Shown here in pieces: positions 51,188 through 64,000 of a stretch of DNA of 64,000 nt; the first letter of the stretch is position 1; each line of letters starts with the position of its first letter. Where the stretch lies: the NCBI RefSeq assembly GCF_009914755.1, contig NC_060938.1. One strand, written 5' to 3'. Under the pieces are notes generated by a model. The model saw nothing but the letters and a program-made list of their open reading frames with translations. It had not been told where the DNA came from and did no database searches. Position numbers and translations under genes: made by a program. The stretch is from the human T2T-CHM13v2.0 reference genome, Homo sapiens.

Positions 51188-51694
51188 TGTAAGTGTATAC
51201 ACATGCATGTATTTCGTGACACCACCTGCTGAAAGGGTGAAGAAGTAAACACCCTCCAGTAGCAATGAGCACACCCGGCACCCATTCCCCACTAAAGGAA
51301 TCTGGGTTACTTATTTAACAATGGACTTATTCCAGGACTGGGGCATGGGAGGTATAAGATGAGCTTGTAACATCTTGTTACACCAAAAAGTATGAAGTGT
51401 TCAAAAAAGCGGTGAGGGCAGAACACCAGTGCCAGCTTGAAGGAGCAACTGACAGCAAGTATGTGACTATTTGAGCCAAAAAATAATTAGGTAATGAGTT
51501 GTAAATGATTGAAGATAATAGGAGTTCATGAGTCAATATTAATAGTAAGTAAGCTTAACATGTGAAAGAAGTGTTCTTGCTTACAAAAGAAAGCAGAGGG
51601 CTAGCTGGTAAATGTGGTGGGAGTGCTAGAGCTGGAAATGCATCATTTGCAACCAAAAGAAAGCATGTTAAAATGGCATCATCAGGCAGTAAGT

Positions 51695-52017
51695 TTGTTG
51701 TGTTGTTGCTGTTGTTGTTGTTGTTGCTGTTTTTTGAGATAGAGTCTATCTCTGTCACCCAGGCTGGAGTGTAGTAGCATGAGTCCAACTCACTGCAACC
51801 TCACCTCCTGGGTTCAAGCGATTCTCCGGTCTCAGCATCCTGAGTAGCTGGGATTACATGGCACCCGCTACCATGCCTGGCTAATTTTTGTATTTTTAGT
51901 ACAGACAGGGTTTCACCATGTTGGCCAGGCTGATCTCGAACTCCTGACCTCAACTGATCCACCCACTTCAGCCTCCCAAAGTGCTGGGATTACAGGTGTG
52001 AGCCACCACACCCGGCC
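51695..52017 (-). mobile_element. AluS with (TTG)n tail
   Basis: TSD-like agtaagttt. Confidence 0.93.
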
Positions 52018-52611
52018 TAGGGAGTAAGTTTTTCAAATCTAGAAGGAAATTCTGAGGAAAAGCAAGATATTTGCATGGTCTTAAAGTATCCTCACATACT
52101 GCTTTATTAGATACAAGGGAGGGGGGAATAGAAATTGGGCAACAGCCTGACCAGGTGATTCTCATGAGGGAAAGTGGAATAATATGTGCTTCCAGTTGTG
52201 ATACCCTGAGGATGGATCAGCATTTTGCAGTATTCTGGCCAATAATGCATGCCTCTCATCTAATTATAAGGGGTTATCAAAAACAAAATGGGGAAATTTC
52301 TGTTTGAAAAAAGAAAAAAAACAAGTATATCGAGAACTCTATTCTTCAAAAATACCAATGACAAAAACTAAATCCTAGAACCTACTTGGAGGAAGGGGTA
52401 GATTATGAAGGACATAAGATCAAATGACATAACTGTAATATGGCTGGTACATTAGATAAACATACGGCATTGATGTAAGTTTAGGAATTTGATAGCAGGA
52501 TTGTGATTTTTAAAGAATATTCCTACTATTAAGAAATACATACTGAAATGGTGGTAAAAAGGCACAATGTATGTAATTAACCCTCAAATAGTAGGGGGTT
52601 GGGGGAATAGA

Positions 52612-52650
52612 GACACACAGACACACACACATACACACACACACACACAG
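52612..52650. repeat. Imperfect (CA)n microsatellite
   Basis: Read directly from sequence. Confidence 0.85.
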
Positions 52651-53139
52651 AAAGTGAGAGAGGGCATGCCCAATGATAATGAAATGCTAACAACAGATAT
52701 ATCTAAGTAAATGGGATATGGGTATTATTTTTATTTTTTCCAACTTTTAGAGTTTGAACTTATTTTCAAGTAAAAACTTTCTAAAAACGCATAACATACC
52801 AAAGAACAGACATTCTTGAGATAAAAATAGGAAAAAGAAACCTATCTGACAATGACTGGTTTACAATAAAGATCTTTAAAAGATCAACCCCACTCCAGCT
52901 CACCAGGGAGCAGCCCCAAACTAGACTGACAGCCCCGTGGGGGTACACTGATTTGCCCCAACATCTCCAGCCTTCACTACAGTGGTGTTCGCACACAGTA
53001 AACACTCAAATGTTAAATGCAAACAAATGAGCAAATTATGACTCAAGACTACAGAGAGAACTACAGAAGAATTAAACAGCAGAGAAAGATGATCATTCTT
53101 CAAATGGTTCAAAGGACAAACCTTTCAATCTATGAAAAA

Positions 53140-53365
53140 CTCTATGGTAACTGTTTCTGTACTTACTTTGTGTTAGGCATTGTGCTGGGCACTTTATAGA
53201 TACCACTTCATTAAATCCAACATCCCTGTGAGGTAAGTACCGTTAACCTTCTATACACTGACTTAGGGAAGTTAAACAGGTAGCCAAAGATCATCAATTT
53301 AGTAACTGAAAAAACTGCAGTTTGACTCCACAGCATAAGCTTTTAACTACCACACTATAGTGCCT
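53140..53365 (-). mobile_element. MIR
   Basis: acttactttgtgttaggcattgtgctgggcacttta... Confidence 0.65.
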
Positions 53366-55659
53366 TCATAGAACAGAATAAAAAAATTAAGTATCCAATA
53401 GTATTCCCAGAAATTATGTAATCCTGTCACTCTCAAAAGAGAATAGCAGATTACAAAGAGCAAATCAAAAAGAAGCACACCAAAGAGGAGACAGAACAAG
53501 CTGAGAAAGACACCCAGAATTCTCTACCAGTTCTCAAGACAATGAAAACCATAATAAAGAAGATTAAGAGCAAGAGACAAAAATTATCCAGTAGTTACTA
53601 GATATTATTAGAGAGTGTAAAGAAGGTAATTTTTTAAGTAAATATATTTTTTAAAAAAGGTGCTGGGGCGGGGGGTGGAGGCGGGGATGGGGATTCACAC
53701 ATCTCCCAAAGCTTTCAGGAAGAAAAAAAGGATTATGATTAAATTTTTTCAAGTTAAGATTTTTCTCGTGACAGCATAAACTGAAAAAACTGAAGAAAAT
53801 GTTTTCAGAGTATAAAAAAGAAAAATTTGTAATATGAAACATTATACTGTGCCAAGTTCTTATAGCCTAAAAGGAACAGTCTCTTTCCGACATGTAGGGT
53901 TTCAAAAACTTTATAATTATTTTTAAAGGATCACAACCAAGACTCCGAAAGATTGAGGGTAAAGTTGGAATTAACAGAGGAAATATATTTTTGCAAGAAA
54001 ATTGTGACAAGGTTTACAATCTAGGTTAATCAAATCAAACAGAGAAAAGGGGAATAAAAACTTTATTTTCAGTGGGGAATGGGAGAAAATTTATATCTTT
54101 AATATTTATAATCATTTACATTCACAAAATGAGATTCTGAATTATAAATCATTGCAGGAAGTAAAAGAAGAGAAAAATAGAAAGAAAAGAAAAATTTTGC
54201 CTCAAAACAGCCAAGCATTTCAATTACAACCGTCAATCCAAACAGTTACCTCTATTAAGCTTTTCAAAAGATACATTTTTATAACACAAAAGAATCCAAA
54301 ATAAATGTGAAAAGATAACCATTCAACTGTTAAACTAACACCCTACGTGGCCATAGTGTCAGGCAAAGCAAAATACCTGCCCTTCCTGATCCCTCAACAA
54401 AAAACACATTACATAGAATAAAGAACAATTTTATACTGGTAAAAAACACAATATATTAACACTGGCCTGACCTACTTGCTAAATAACAGCCACAAATTAT
54501 TTGTTTAAAAATATGATAAATTGATAGGAACAATTAATAGTGGTCAATTGTAACTTGTTGAATCAACAAGTCAAAAAATAAGGTAAAAGGACTTCATCTA
54601 ACTAAATGAAATTAATAAACACAAATGCTACACCTTTAAAAAGTCAATACTTCAAGTATCAAAATATTTATTTTAAAAAACCTACCTTAGTTAAATTCTC
54701 TGATTAAATGAAATGTAAGCATAAATTAACATACTTCAGCACAACTTAAAAAAAAGTTATTCGCTAAGGTATATACATACATAAAGTTACAAATACAATA
54801 AACTTGGCTTCAGTCAAAGCTATAGCCTAAGGTAAACTTATAGTCTTAAATGTCCTTTTTCCTTAGGAAAGAAAATGAATTACAAATTCAACTTCATATT
54901 AAAAGTAAAAAGGCAAGTAGAGGAACTGAGTGAAGATAAGAGTGTAAATATACAAATCAGTCAAACAGCAGAGTTTTTCCTTTCCAATGATGTCATTCAG
55001 CAAGAGAAGGAATCTGAACAACCTGAGGAAGCAGGCCAGAGTTCATCACAATCCTTCAGCCCTCAGGTCCCACTTCCCAGGTAGCCACAGCTGAGCACAG
55101 TTACCCAGCAGCTCTTTTTCCCCCCAGGAGAGAAAGCCCCTCCCCTCAACCCCCACCACTCAGGCAGATGCCTAGTAGAACTTGCTGAAGACCACAACAG
55201 AACCTGGTAATACTGCTTGCAGTTCTAGGTGCCAAACCTCACTGGCGAGGACAGGGTGCAGGTACAGAATCTCTCTGCGTCTGCTCCCACATCCTCCCCA
55301 CGCCAGGGACCTGGGGTTCTGGCGACATCACCCTCCTTTCCCAGGCCCTCCACCTCCACCCTAGAAAAAGCAGTTCCGAGAAGGGCAATGACAATGCTGT
55401 GCCTTCCACTCCCGCACACGGGCCATCACGCCCTCTCCAGCTCCAGGGAAAACCCGCTCCAGGCCCATGCAGCACCTGAGGGTCATCTCCATCCCTCAAC
55501 CTCGCGACACCAGCAGCCCAGGAAGGCTAAGCTTAAAAGCTAAACCGCACCTTGGATTCCAAGGGCTATCTCCACTACCCCACTGCCCCCAACCCGGCTC
55601 TGAACGCCTCCCCCTGAAGGGGCAGAAGCCAAGTGAGGTAGGAAGTTAGTTAATGAGTT

Positions 55660-56060
55660 CATCGGCATTTTTTATAATAGCTCAAAATTTTGAAGGACCC
55701 AAATGTTCACCAACAGGTGATTCAATACACAAATTGTGGTATCTCCAGCACTCAGTAATACAAAAGAATCACTACTGATCTGTGCAGCAATAGGGATGAA
55801 TATCAAAATAATTACACTGAGTTAAAGAAGCCAGACCAAAAACGAGTATATAGTATATGAAGCTTTTATTAAAAATTCTAGGAAGTGAATACTAATCTAT
55901 AGTGAAAAAGCAGACTAGGAAGACAGAGGGTTTGGGTTTGAACAGCCACAAAGCAAGCCAAGAGGCACCAGGAAACTTTGATGGTGATGACTATGTTCAT
56001 TATCTTGAAGAGTGTACAGTTTACTGTATGTCAGTTATATGTCAATAAAGCTGTTTTTAA
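55660..56060 (+). mobile_element. Old L1M 3' end
   Basis: cccaaatgttcaccaacaggtga...tcaataaagctgttttt. Confidence 0.65.
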
Positions 56061-56154
56061 AAAGCTGATGGTAATGTATAGATTTGAATAGATATCCGAT
56101 TTGTCTGTTCTCCACATAAAACATACAGAGGATTTAAAAAAGTAAACAACTTAC

Positions 56155-56269
56155 TTTGCATTTCCAGCCATTGGTTGGTACAGATTTCATAATTCGTTGA
56201 AGACAAAAAGTATGATACCCTTTGTCACACGTATCACACACTAGCATCTTGCTATTTTCTCCCGATTGT
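56155..56269 (-). pseudogene. KMT2C: KMT2C exon 9 copy (PHD finger)
   Basis: QSGENSKMLVCDTCDKGYHTFCLQRIMKSVPTNGWKCK. 115 nt, AG/GT. Confidence 0.93.
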
Positions 56270-56669
56270 CTAAAAAGTAAGATAGCATTAATGATGGCTT
56301 ATCTTTAAACTTATGTTTTGCAACATAAGTAATCATGAAAATCATCAGTCCTGGGAACCGCACAGTTCATAAATACCTCAGTATCTGTTTTGTCTCTGCA
56401 GATAGTAACAGAGGTAACCCTACCATAAGGATTACCTCCTAAATGGTGATCTTTACTCAATGCTCACCTATGGTTAACTTGCTCTAGCCATTTTAGGATT
56501 CCTGCAAAGGAGGAAGGGTTAAGGCAAGATGAATAGCCTCTGATCTTTACTTTTAAAATATAATTTTTGAGAGGAAGGCGCTGTAACTGCTATGTGCTAC
56601 TGTGTGGAAAGATCAAATCTTGGCACAGCAAATTGAAAAGACTGTCATATAACGTAAAGAGGATCAAAT

Positions 56670-56850
56670 TTGACATCAGATCTCTATTTGTATCCAGGCT
56701 GCTGTTTTCTAGCTGTGTCACTAAACAACTTAGACTAAAGCTCTCTGAGTTTCAGGTATAAAACGGGAATAATAAACATTACTGTGAGAATTAAATGTAA
56801 TGCAGGTTCAAGTGCTTAGAATGTCTATTAAGCAATTAAATGCTGAATAA
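56670..56850 (+). mobile_element. MIR
   Basis: tagctgtgtcact...ctctctgagtttc...gtgagaattaaatg. Confidence 0.6.
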
Positions 56851-58122
56851 TTATTTCAAAAGATGAACCTTGTCATAATTATTAAGAATTATAATTGAAA
56901 ACCTAAAACCTTTCTTTAAACACTCTTCTGCCCCCAAAGATTGGGCCCCTGTCCTACAGCATTATCTCTGTTGAGATTTTTGACTATAATTACTTTCAGA
57001 TACTATGATTTTAAATTCAAGAGGAGGGGAAGAGAAAAAACAGGGAAAGCAAGAAGAGCTGAGAGAGGAATCTCTGAATGAAATCTGGGGGATAAACAGA
57101 AGTCAACAGGAAGATGGGTCAGTTGGCCTCCAATTATTATTCAGTTCAACCTCTCCATAAAAAGTCACATGTTTTATCTCTTCAGCTACATGCAAAGATC
57201 TTGGAGGACAAGTACTCTTCCTTCAAGTTCTTTTAATCCTTCCCAAGAAACTGAGTGCAGATACAAGGTATCGAATAAATGTTTACTGAATATTTTATCT
57301 AATTTTTACCAAAATATGAAGGTACATAGTCCTATTTATGTCACGTAACTCTAAGATATTGACGCTTATTTCTTATAAAACTAAATAATAAAAATAGACT
57401 GATCATGGCAGTTGGGCATAATTCTTGCTGGTTACAACAAAAATTCTCAGCCTGTAAGTGAAGATGCTGGTAACATCCCCAAATTATCATGCTCATTAGA
57501 ATCATGGGGGTGCAAGCAGAAATCACAGAAAAGACTGGAGAAATGACCAAGAGATGAAATACAATAGGAAAAGATAACCCCCTTACAAATTTGTAAATGC
57601 CACATATTTCATTTTGGAATTATGCTGACCAGGATCTACTCAAGGTGGCTTTTAGAGAGATGCAGATGTACATTAAAATAATAGTAGAAAGTGTCCTTCC
57701 TGGAATGGAAATTCAAACACATGACTGACGTTTTGACTCAACTCTAATTCTTCTACGTCTGTAGTGAGAGGTTTAAATCCTATCACATCCCCTCCCCAGT
57801 GCCCCTGAAGACAAGTTACTTTATTCTTCTCATGCTTGTTTTAAATTGTTAATATCGCTTATTTTTTAAACTGTTGGTAAATTTAAATTAGCTCTTTAGA
57901 CGACCAGAGCAATTTAAATGATTAAAATCAGTTTTGTTTAGACTTCTTTCAAAATAATATAAACGTTAATATCCAGTAATTTTTTTAAGTATGATGAAGT
58001 CACTCTGAATGAATACAGCCAAAATATGAACAACCTCTATTATATTACACAAACTTTTAGCGCCTAGCAATAGGGTGCCTCTTAAACCCAATACACAGCT
58101 TTGAATTGAAATGAAAACTTAC

Positions 58123-58294
58123 TTGCAGTTCTGGCACACTTTGCACTCAGGACATTGCCAACCTGCACGTTTTAAAGGAGTAACCGCTATATCCAGGCAC
58201 ATTCCATGATAGTGCTGACCACAAGTAGTACAAAAGAACTGATCTAAGAGGTCTCCCGGGCTGTCGCACACTGCACAGTTTGCATCTTCCTTCG
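58123..58294 (-). pseudogene. KMT2C: KMT2C exon 8 copy (PHD finger)
   Basis: KEDANCAVCDSPGDLLDQFFCTTCGQHYHGMCLDIAVTPLKRAGWQCPECKVCQNCK. AG/GTAAGT. Confidence 0.95.
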
Positions 58295-59333
58295 CTATAA
58301 TTAACAGTAAAACAATGAAATTGTTGTATAAGAATTTAAATTTTTTCTGACTACACAGTAAAATCATTTGAAAGGATTTGCATCATGAACCTTTCAGACA
58401 TTTGAAGTTATTCACATTGAATTGTCATCTAATCAAAAAGAGGTATCAATAAAAACACTGTAGGGTATTTAATCTAAATGTAACCACATTAAATTTAATC
58501 GTATAGTTTTGCAATTATTTGTGGCTATATCTACTTAAGACCATAAGCAGGTCTTCTTTAATTTTCTATTCCTAATGCCAATGATAATGCTGGATACCTA
58601 ATTAATGCTCAATATATGCTCACTGCAAAGAACCAAACAAGGAAAATACCAACTAAGAAATGCTTTGCAGTGTAACATAAACATTTTCTTTGAATGCTAA
58701 ATATATTTTGAAATTACAAAATCAGACAAGAGACAAAATTAAGAAACGTTAATATCAATTAGACTAAGATGCTTCTTAAGCATAAACAGACTATTCAAAT
58801 CACATAAGGGCTTTTTTTTGATTACTGGAAAATGTCTTATGTGGAAGAACATTAAAGACAGAAGCTACATATTCATACACAAACACATTACTTAATATAC
58901 TAATTCTATATTCATCTATATTAATTTCTAGTTGTAAAAGCATTAAAATCCACATAATTATGGACATCATCCATCCCTAAATGTGGATTAAAAGAAAATG
59001 TACTAACAGTTCTTTTACCATATAAAACAGAAAATATAAGGATAAACTGCCCTGCCAAATATACAGTTAAACTTATGCATATTGCAAAATAAGGAAAATA
59101 ATGTATTCTAAAATCATACCAATCTTAGATAATGTATAAAAAATATGCCTGTATATAACAAGTATCACAAAGTATATGAATCTTTTCATTTTTTGAAGGT
59201 TTGATCATTCCTATCTACTATTCTGACTCATATGTTCTTTCTTTTCCAGTCAAGCTTATCATACCAACATTTGATAATAATATATAAATATGCCTGTATT
59301 TAACAAGTATCACAAAGTATATGAACCATTATT

Positions 59334-59627
59334 TTTCCTTTTTTTTTTAGACAGTTTCACTCTGTCACCAAGGCTAGAGAGCAATGGCGCGATCTAGGCT
59401 TACTGTAACCTCCGCCTCCCAGGTTCAAGGGATTCTCACGCCTCAGCCTCCTCAGTAGCTGGGATTACTGGCGTGTGCCACCATGCCCACCTAATTTTTA
59501 TATTTTTAGTAGAGACGATGTTTCACCACATAGCCCAGGCTGGTCTCAAACTCCTGAGCTCAAGCAATCCTCCTGCCTCACCCTCCCAAAGTGCTGGGAT
59601 TACAGGTGTCAGCTACCGCACTCAGCC
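59334..59627 (-). mobile_element. Alu (J/S)
   Basis: Full dimer. Confidence 0.92.
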
Positions 59628-59744
59628 TTTTTCCCATTTTTTGAAGGTTTGGTCAGTCCTATCAATTTCTCTCTGACTCATACGTTCTTTCTTTTCCAGT
59701 CAAGCATCTTGAAACAGAGTAAAAATATATTTCTTTTATTTGTA

Positions 59745-59935
59745 CCGGAGTCTGCAAACTTTTCCTGAAAAGGGCCAGATAGTAAATATTTTAGGCTTTG
59801 TGAGCCATAGCAGTTTCTGACAAAAAGTCAGACCTTTTGTTTTTATTTACACTCTTCTAAAAATGTAAAAATAATTCCTCGCTTGAGGGCAGTACAAAAA
59901 GAGGCTTCAAAATGTGGACGCTGGCTGGACCTCTG
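59745..59935 (+). mobile_element. MER58B-like element
   Basis: gcaaactttttcctgaaaagggccagatagtaaatattttaggctttg. Confidence 0.7.
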
Positions 59936-60605
59936 ACATACTTCACGAAGGCTGGCTTAGCACCTAATACTCATCTGAAGCTACATTAGTGAGGCTGCCA
60001 ATGCCCATAGGAAACCCGATTTAGTCTTTGGCTTTTTTGCACTTTGTAGCATTTGCATTGCTAGCCACTCCCACATTAAAACGCCCCTTTCCTTAGTTTC
60101 TATCACGGCAACTCTCTCCTAATTTCTCCTTAGTTTTCCCCCACTTTCATCTCATCCTCCTTTGTTGGCTTTTGTACCTATACAATCTTTCTAAATGCTG
60201 GAGTTTCTTAGGATTTCATCCTTTTCCTTCTTTCCTAATCCCCCATAGTTTCCCTTTGTGATCACATCAACTCTCACGCCATAAAATGCCACCATGATTC
60301 CCAAATCTGTATTATTGGCCCTAGAATTCTTTCATAAACCCCAAACCTTTATTCTTCAAGTCTTACTGGATCTCAATAGCCAAGTGTTCTAAACACTCAA
60401 TCTCAACTGCTCTAAAGTGAAACTTTTTTAAAAACCCGAAACAGCATCCATTTTTCTCAAGAATAGATAAAGGCAGAAACCTTAGTATCATTGTTGACTC
60501 TGAACTCAGCTTTGACCCAACACATCCAGCCAGATCCCAATTCTTATGTATTAAACTTCCTACACATCATTCTTTCTTTATATGTTTATAGTTTAGTCTA
60601 TCATA

Positions 60606-60685
60606 CTAGGTTGGTGCAAAAGTAACTGCAGTTTTTGACATTACTTTTAATGGCAAAGACTGCAATTACCTTTGCACCTACCTAA
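60606..60685. mobile_element. MADE1 (Hsmar1 MITE) inside an L2 fragment (about 59960-61070)
   Basis: 80-bp near-palindrome taggttggtgcaaaagtaa...ttacctttgcacctaccta with TA flanks. Confidence 0.9.
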
Positions 60686-61073
60686 TACTCTGTCTCGCTA
60701 ACTGCAGTATCTTCTGCATCAAATCATCTCTACTTACGGTTCTGACATCCTCTCTAAATCATTTTCTACACATCCAGAACAATCTTTCAAAAATGTAAAT
60801 CTAATTGTTAACCTCTGTATAAATTAAAACTCCACCAATACCTCATTTTTCACCTAAAAGAAAATCAGAATTTTCAAGTATGATGCAAAAAGGTCCTTAT
60901 CTCCCTTTCCAACTGAATCTCAGAACCACTCACTATTTCGTGGTCATGGTGGGTTGTCTTCAATGCACCTCACATAACATGCTATTCATGTCTGTGTGCT
61001 TTTACACATTCTGTTCCCTCTGCTTGAAATTTTGTTTTTCTGCTGTGCTCCCAGCCTTCAAAACTCTGCTCAT

Positions 61074-61363
61074 GGCTGGGCACAGAGGCTCATGCCTGTA
61101 ATCCCAGCACTCTGGGAGGCCAAAGCAGATGGATCACCTGAGGTCAGGAGTTCGAGACCAGCCGGGCCAACATGGTGAAACCCCATCTCTACTAAAAATA
61201 CAAAATTAGCAGGGTGTGGTGACACATGCCTGTAGTCCCAGCTACTCAGGAGGCTGAGGCAGGAGAATCGCTTGAACCAAGGAGGTGGAGGCTGCAGTGA
61301 CTAGAGTTTATGCCACGGCACTCCAGCCTGGGGGACAGAGTGAGACCCTGTCTCAAAAAAAAA
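61074..61363 (+). mobile_element. AluS
   Basis: Full dimer. Confidence 0.93.
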
Positions 61364-61934
61364 ATCTGCACATTATTTCCTGAATACCTATTACCACACC
61401 CAAATACCCATTTAGTTGTCGAATATTACTTTTACCCATATGCTTACAAGAAACTTCTGTTACATAATCATTTATTTACAGCACAACTCTGTGAATCCTT
61501 GAAGGACAGGAGCCTTAACTTTTTTAACTTTGTATCCCCAACTGCCTAACATGAATCAAGTCTTATTGAACATATTTTAAGTGAAGGACTTACTGCTAAA
61601 ATAACTTTTAAATGGCTCTTTAAGTGATAGGCATTTAAAATAAATCATTAATCTAACAATGGAAGCATCATAAATTGGTTCATTTTTGATAGAAAGGACA
61701 TAACTGGGATGTTATGTTTCTTAATATTAAGAGAGTACTAGTATTTATCTTTCAAAATATGTACATTGAAAAATTGATCTCTTTTTGCTCACTGTAAAAC
61801 TTTTAAAAATTGTGGGAATACTCAACTAATTATCAGAAACTAATTATCAGATAATCAATTCATTTTTCTATTATACTCTCCTAGGAACACTAAAATGCTT
61901 CTGTGAAACTTTCTAGAGTTTGCTCCCCTGACAC

Positions 61935-62215
61935 TTCAAGTTGCCATGGTAGCTACTAGCGACATGTGGTTTCTGAACAAGTGAAATGTAATTAGTTCAA
62001 ATCGAGGTATGCAGTAAGCATAAAATGCTCACTGGATTTCAAAATCTTAATGGGGAAAAAGTATCTCAAAATTTGAAATATTACTATTTTGGATTACTGA
62101 ATTAAATAAAATTTACTACAATTGTTCCCAAATGTTTCCTTTTCCTCAAATTTTTAACATACCCACTAGAAAAATTACTTATGTTGCTCACATTATATTT
62201 ATACTGCACAGCACT
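61935..62215. mobile_element. MER33-like element
   Basis: gtagctactagcgacatgtgg...cattatatttatactgcacagcactg. Confidence 0.6.
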
Positions 62216-64000
62216 GTTATATACAACAAAGTTCACTCTGCAACAAGACAACTGTCATTGTCACAAAAATCACTTTTTAGACTATGATGATCTCCACCAA
62301 TGCCTTACTGACAACCTTGCTGTGTTATCTGATTACTATGGATCATTGGTAATAAATTAGTCAAAGAAAAACATCCATGTAATACATCTGGTGCAAAAAC
62401 ACTTAATATGCCTTATGTGAAAAACAATATTATTTTTAAAAGCACTACACAAAGAAATGAGGTTGGTTCCAACCCTCCCAGTCAGGGAGAAGATGTGTGG
62501 GAATACTGAAACAACCTTATGGAGGTCATGTATAAGAAGATTATCGATACTACTGGATAAGTTTGGTGTCATCACAGAAATTAAATATGAATATTTAGAC
62601 ACACATGTCTGTAAGCCAGAGACATTAAGTTTAAAGCAATAATCAACTAAGAAATTTTTCTTTAAACAGTTGAAAAAGCAAAAAGACAGGCTATAACTAA
62701 AGATAATTTAAGAGGGGAGAGGAGTAAAATCCAGGTCTATTTGGCTTCTAAGATCAGGCTCTTGACTACTAATCAAATTGACTCCTCAGCAAACTATACT
62801 ACTGATCAATGAAAGTGATGAGTATTTGAGTATACACAAAAGTAGACATGAAATTCCAACAGTGGCATACAATGAAGCTAAATGAAGTAAAGGGAGCAAG
62901 GTTCTTATGGCAGGAGAAAAGTGAGAGGAAACAAAATGATCATCTTTAAAGAAGGTCATTTCCTAAGAGACAGCTGTAAAAAAAGAAGAGATAAATAAAA
63001 AAGACAAAAACATTGAGCTTAAATTAGAACAGAGCTTATCACAGATCCTTAAACTTGATGAAACTATTGCTTAAGAAAGTCCAGACAACACATAAGAATA
63101 AAAGCATTGGTGAACAGCAAGAAAAGTCAAAATAGCTGTCATACAGTGTAAATTGAAGAAGGACCAAATCAGTATTGCTTTCTAATTTCCATCAAACCCT
63201 ATCATCTGCCAATTTTCATTACTGGCAGGACACTGGGCTGAGTGATTTGTCTATAAAAGAGAATCTCTGGAAAGAAAAAATAAATCATGGATGTCATCCA
63301 AAGAGGCTAGACCGTATCATTGGCAGGTAGATAAGAAAGGTCAGAGGACTGACAGAATTTAGGGCAAAAGAAAAGCAGCAGGACTTAATGTCAAGAAATA
63401 CAAAGATAACCAAAGAAAAGAGGCTGGAGTTAAAGCTTAAGTGAAGTAAAAGGAATTAAAGCTAAATGATGAGTAAATACATTGAGGAACAGGGGGTGAA
63501 TTAAGATATGTAGCATTTCCATGTTTAAACCTTGCAAAAACTTCTCATTGCAGACCGAACAGGACCCAAACTCCTTCCCTTGCTTATAAGCCTACATGAT
63601 CTAGCCTTTGTTCGCCTTGATGATGTCTCTACTACCCTCACCTAGTAGGCTACTATGCTCCAAGTAAAATGACATGCTGTCTGTTCATGAATCATGCCAA
63701 GTCCACTCCTCAAGGTCTGTGTAGTGGTCTGTTCCCTCTCCCTGGAATGTTCTTTCCTCTTATCTTGCATGATTGGCTTCTTACCATTCAGTTTTCCTAT
63801 TCAGGAAGTATATCTGGTTGTATCTCCTAGATGGATTTTTAGTGTAAAATTTCCAGACAAGGTTAATGTATCCTTGTATCATCATGAAAATAATGTTGCA
63901 ACAATGACCAGCCATTTACCTATGACAGAGCACCCTAAAAGTGTTTCCTGATGAAAATCTTGGCCTTCTTCACAGATACTCTCTTTAGTGGATTTCTTTA

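Overview
AT-rich, repeat-dense human or great-ape DNA that looks like a segmental-duplication mosaic of two unprocessed gene copies lying tail-to-tail. (1) On the + strand, about 1-27.6 kb, is an ANKRD36-family pseudogene: four 29+73-nt repeat exon pairs, then the coiled-coil C-terminal exons, which carry stops and frameshifts. (2) On the - strand, from about 29.5 kb to at least 58.3 kb, is a partial KMT2C (MLL3) copy of the BAGE/KMT2CP type: exons 8, 9, a stump of 13, and 14-18, with exons 10-12 deleted. I can support no intact protein-coding gene, RNA gene or CRISPR array, and I found no new multi-gene system. The most interesting structure is a young L1 inserted inside an ANKRD36 repeat exon, in frame with L1 ORF2 and carrying a 3' transduction. 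Other notable items are a twin-primed L1 without a TSD, two deletion junctions, a candidate unannotated 54-nt KMT2C exon, and paralogue variants matching recurrent artefactual KMT2C 'mutations'. Gene identities, exon and residue numbering, and repeat subfamily names come from my recall of reference sequences and were not verified by database search.
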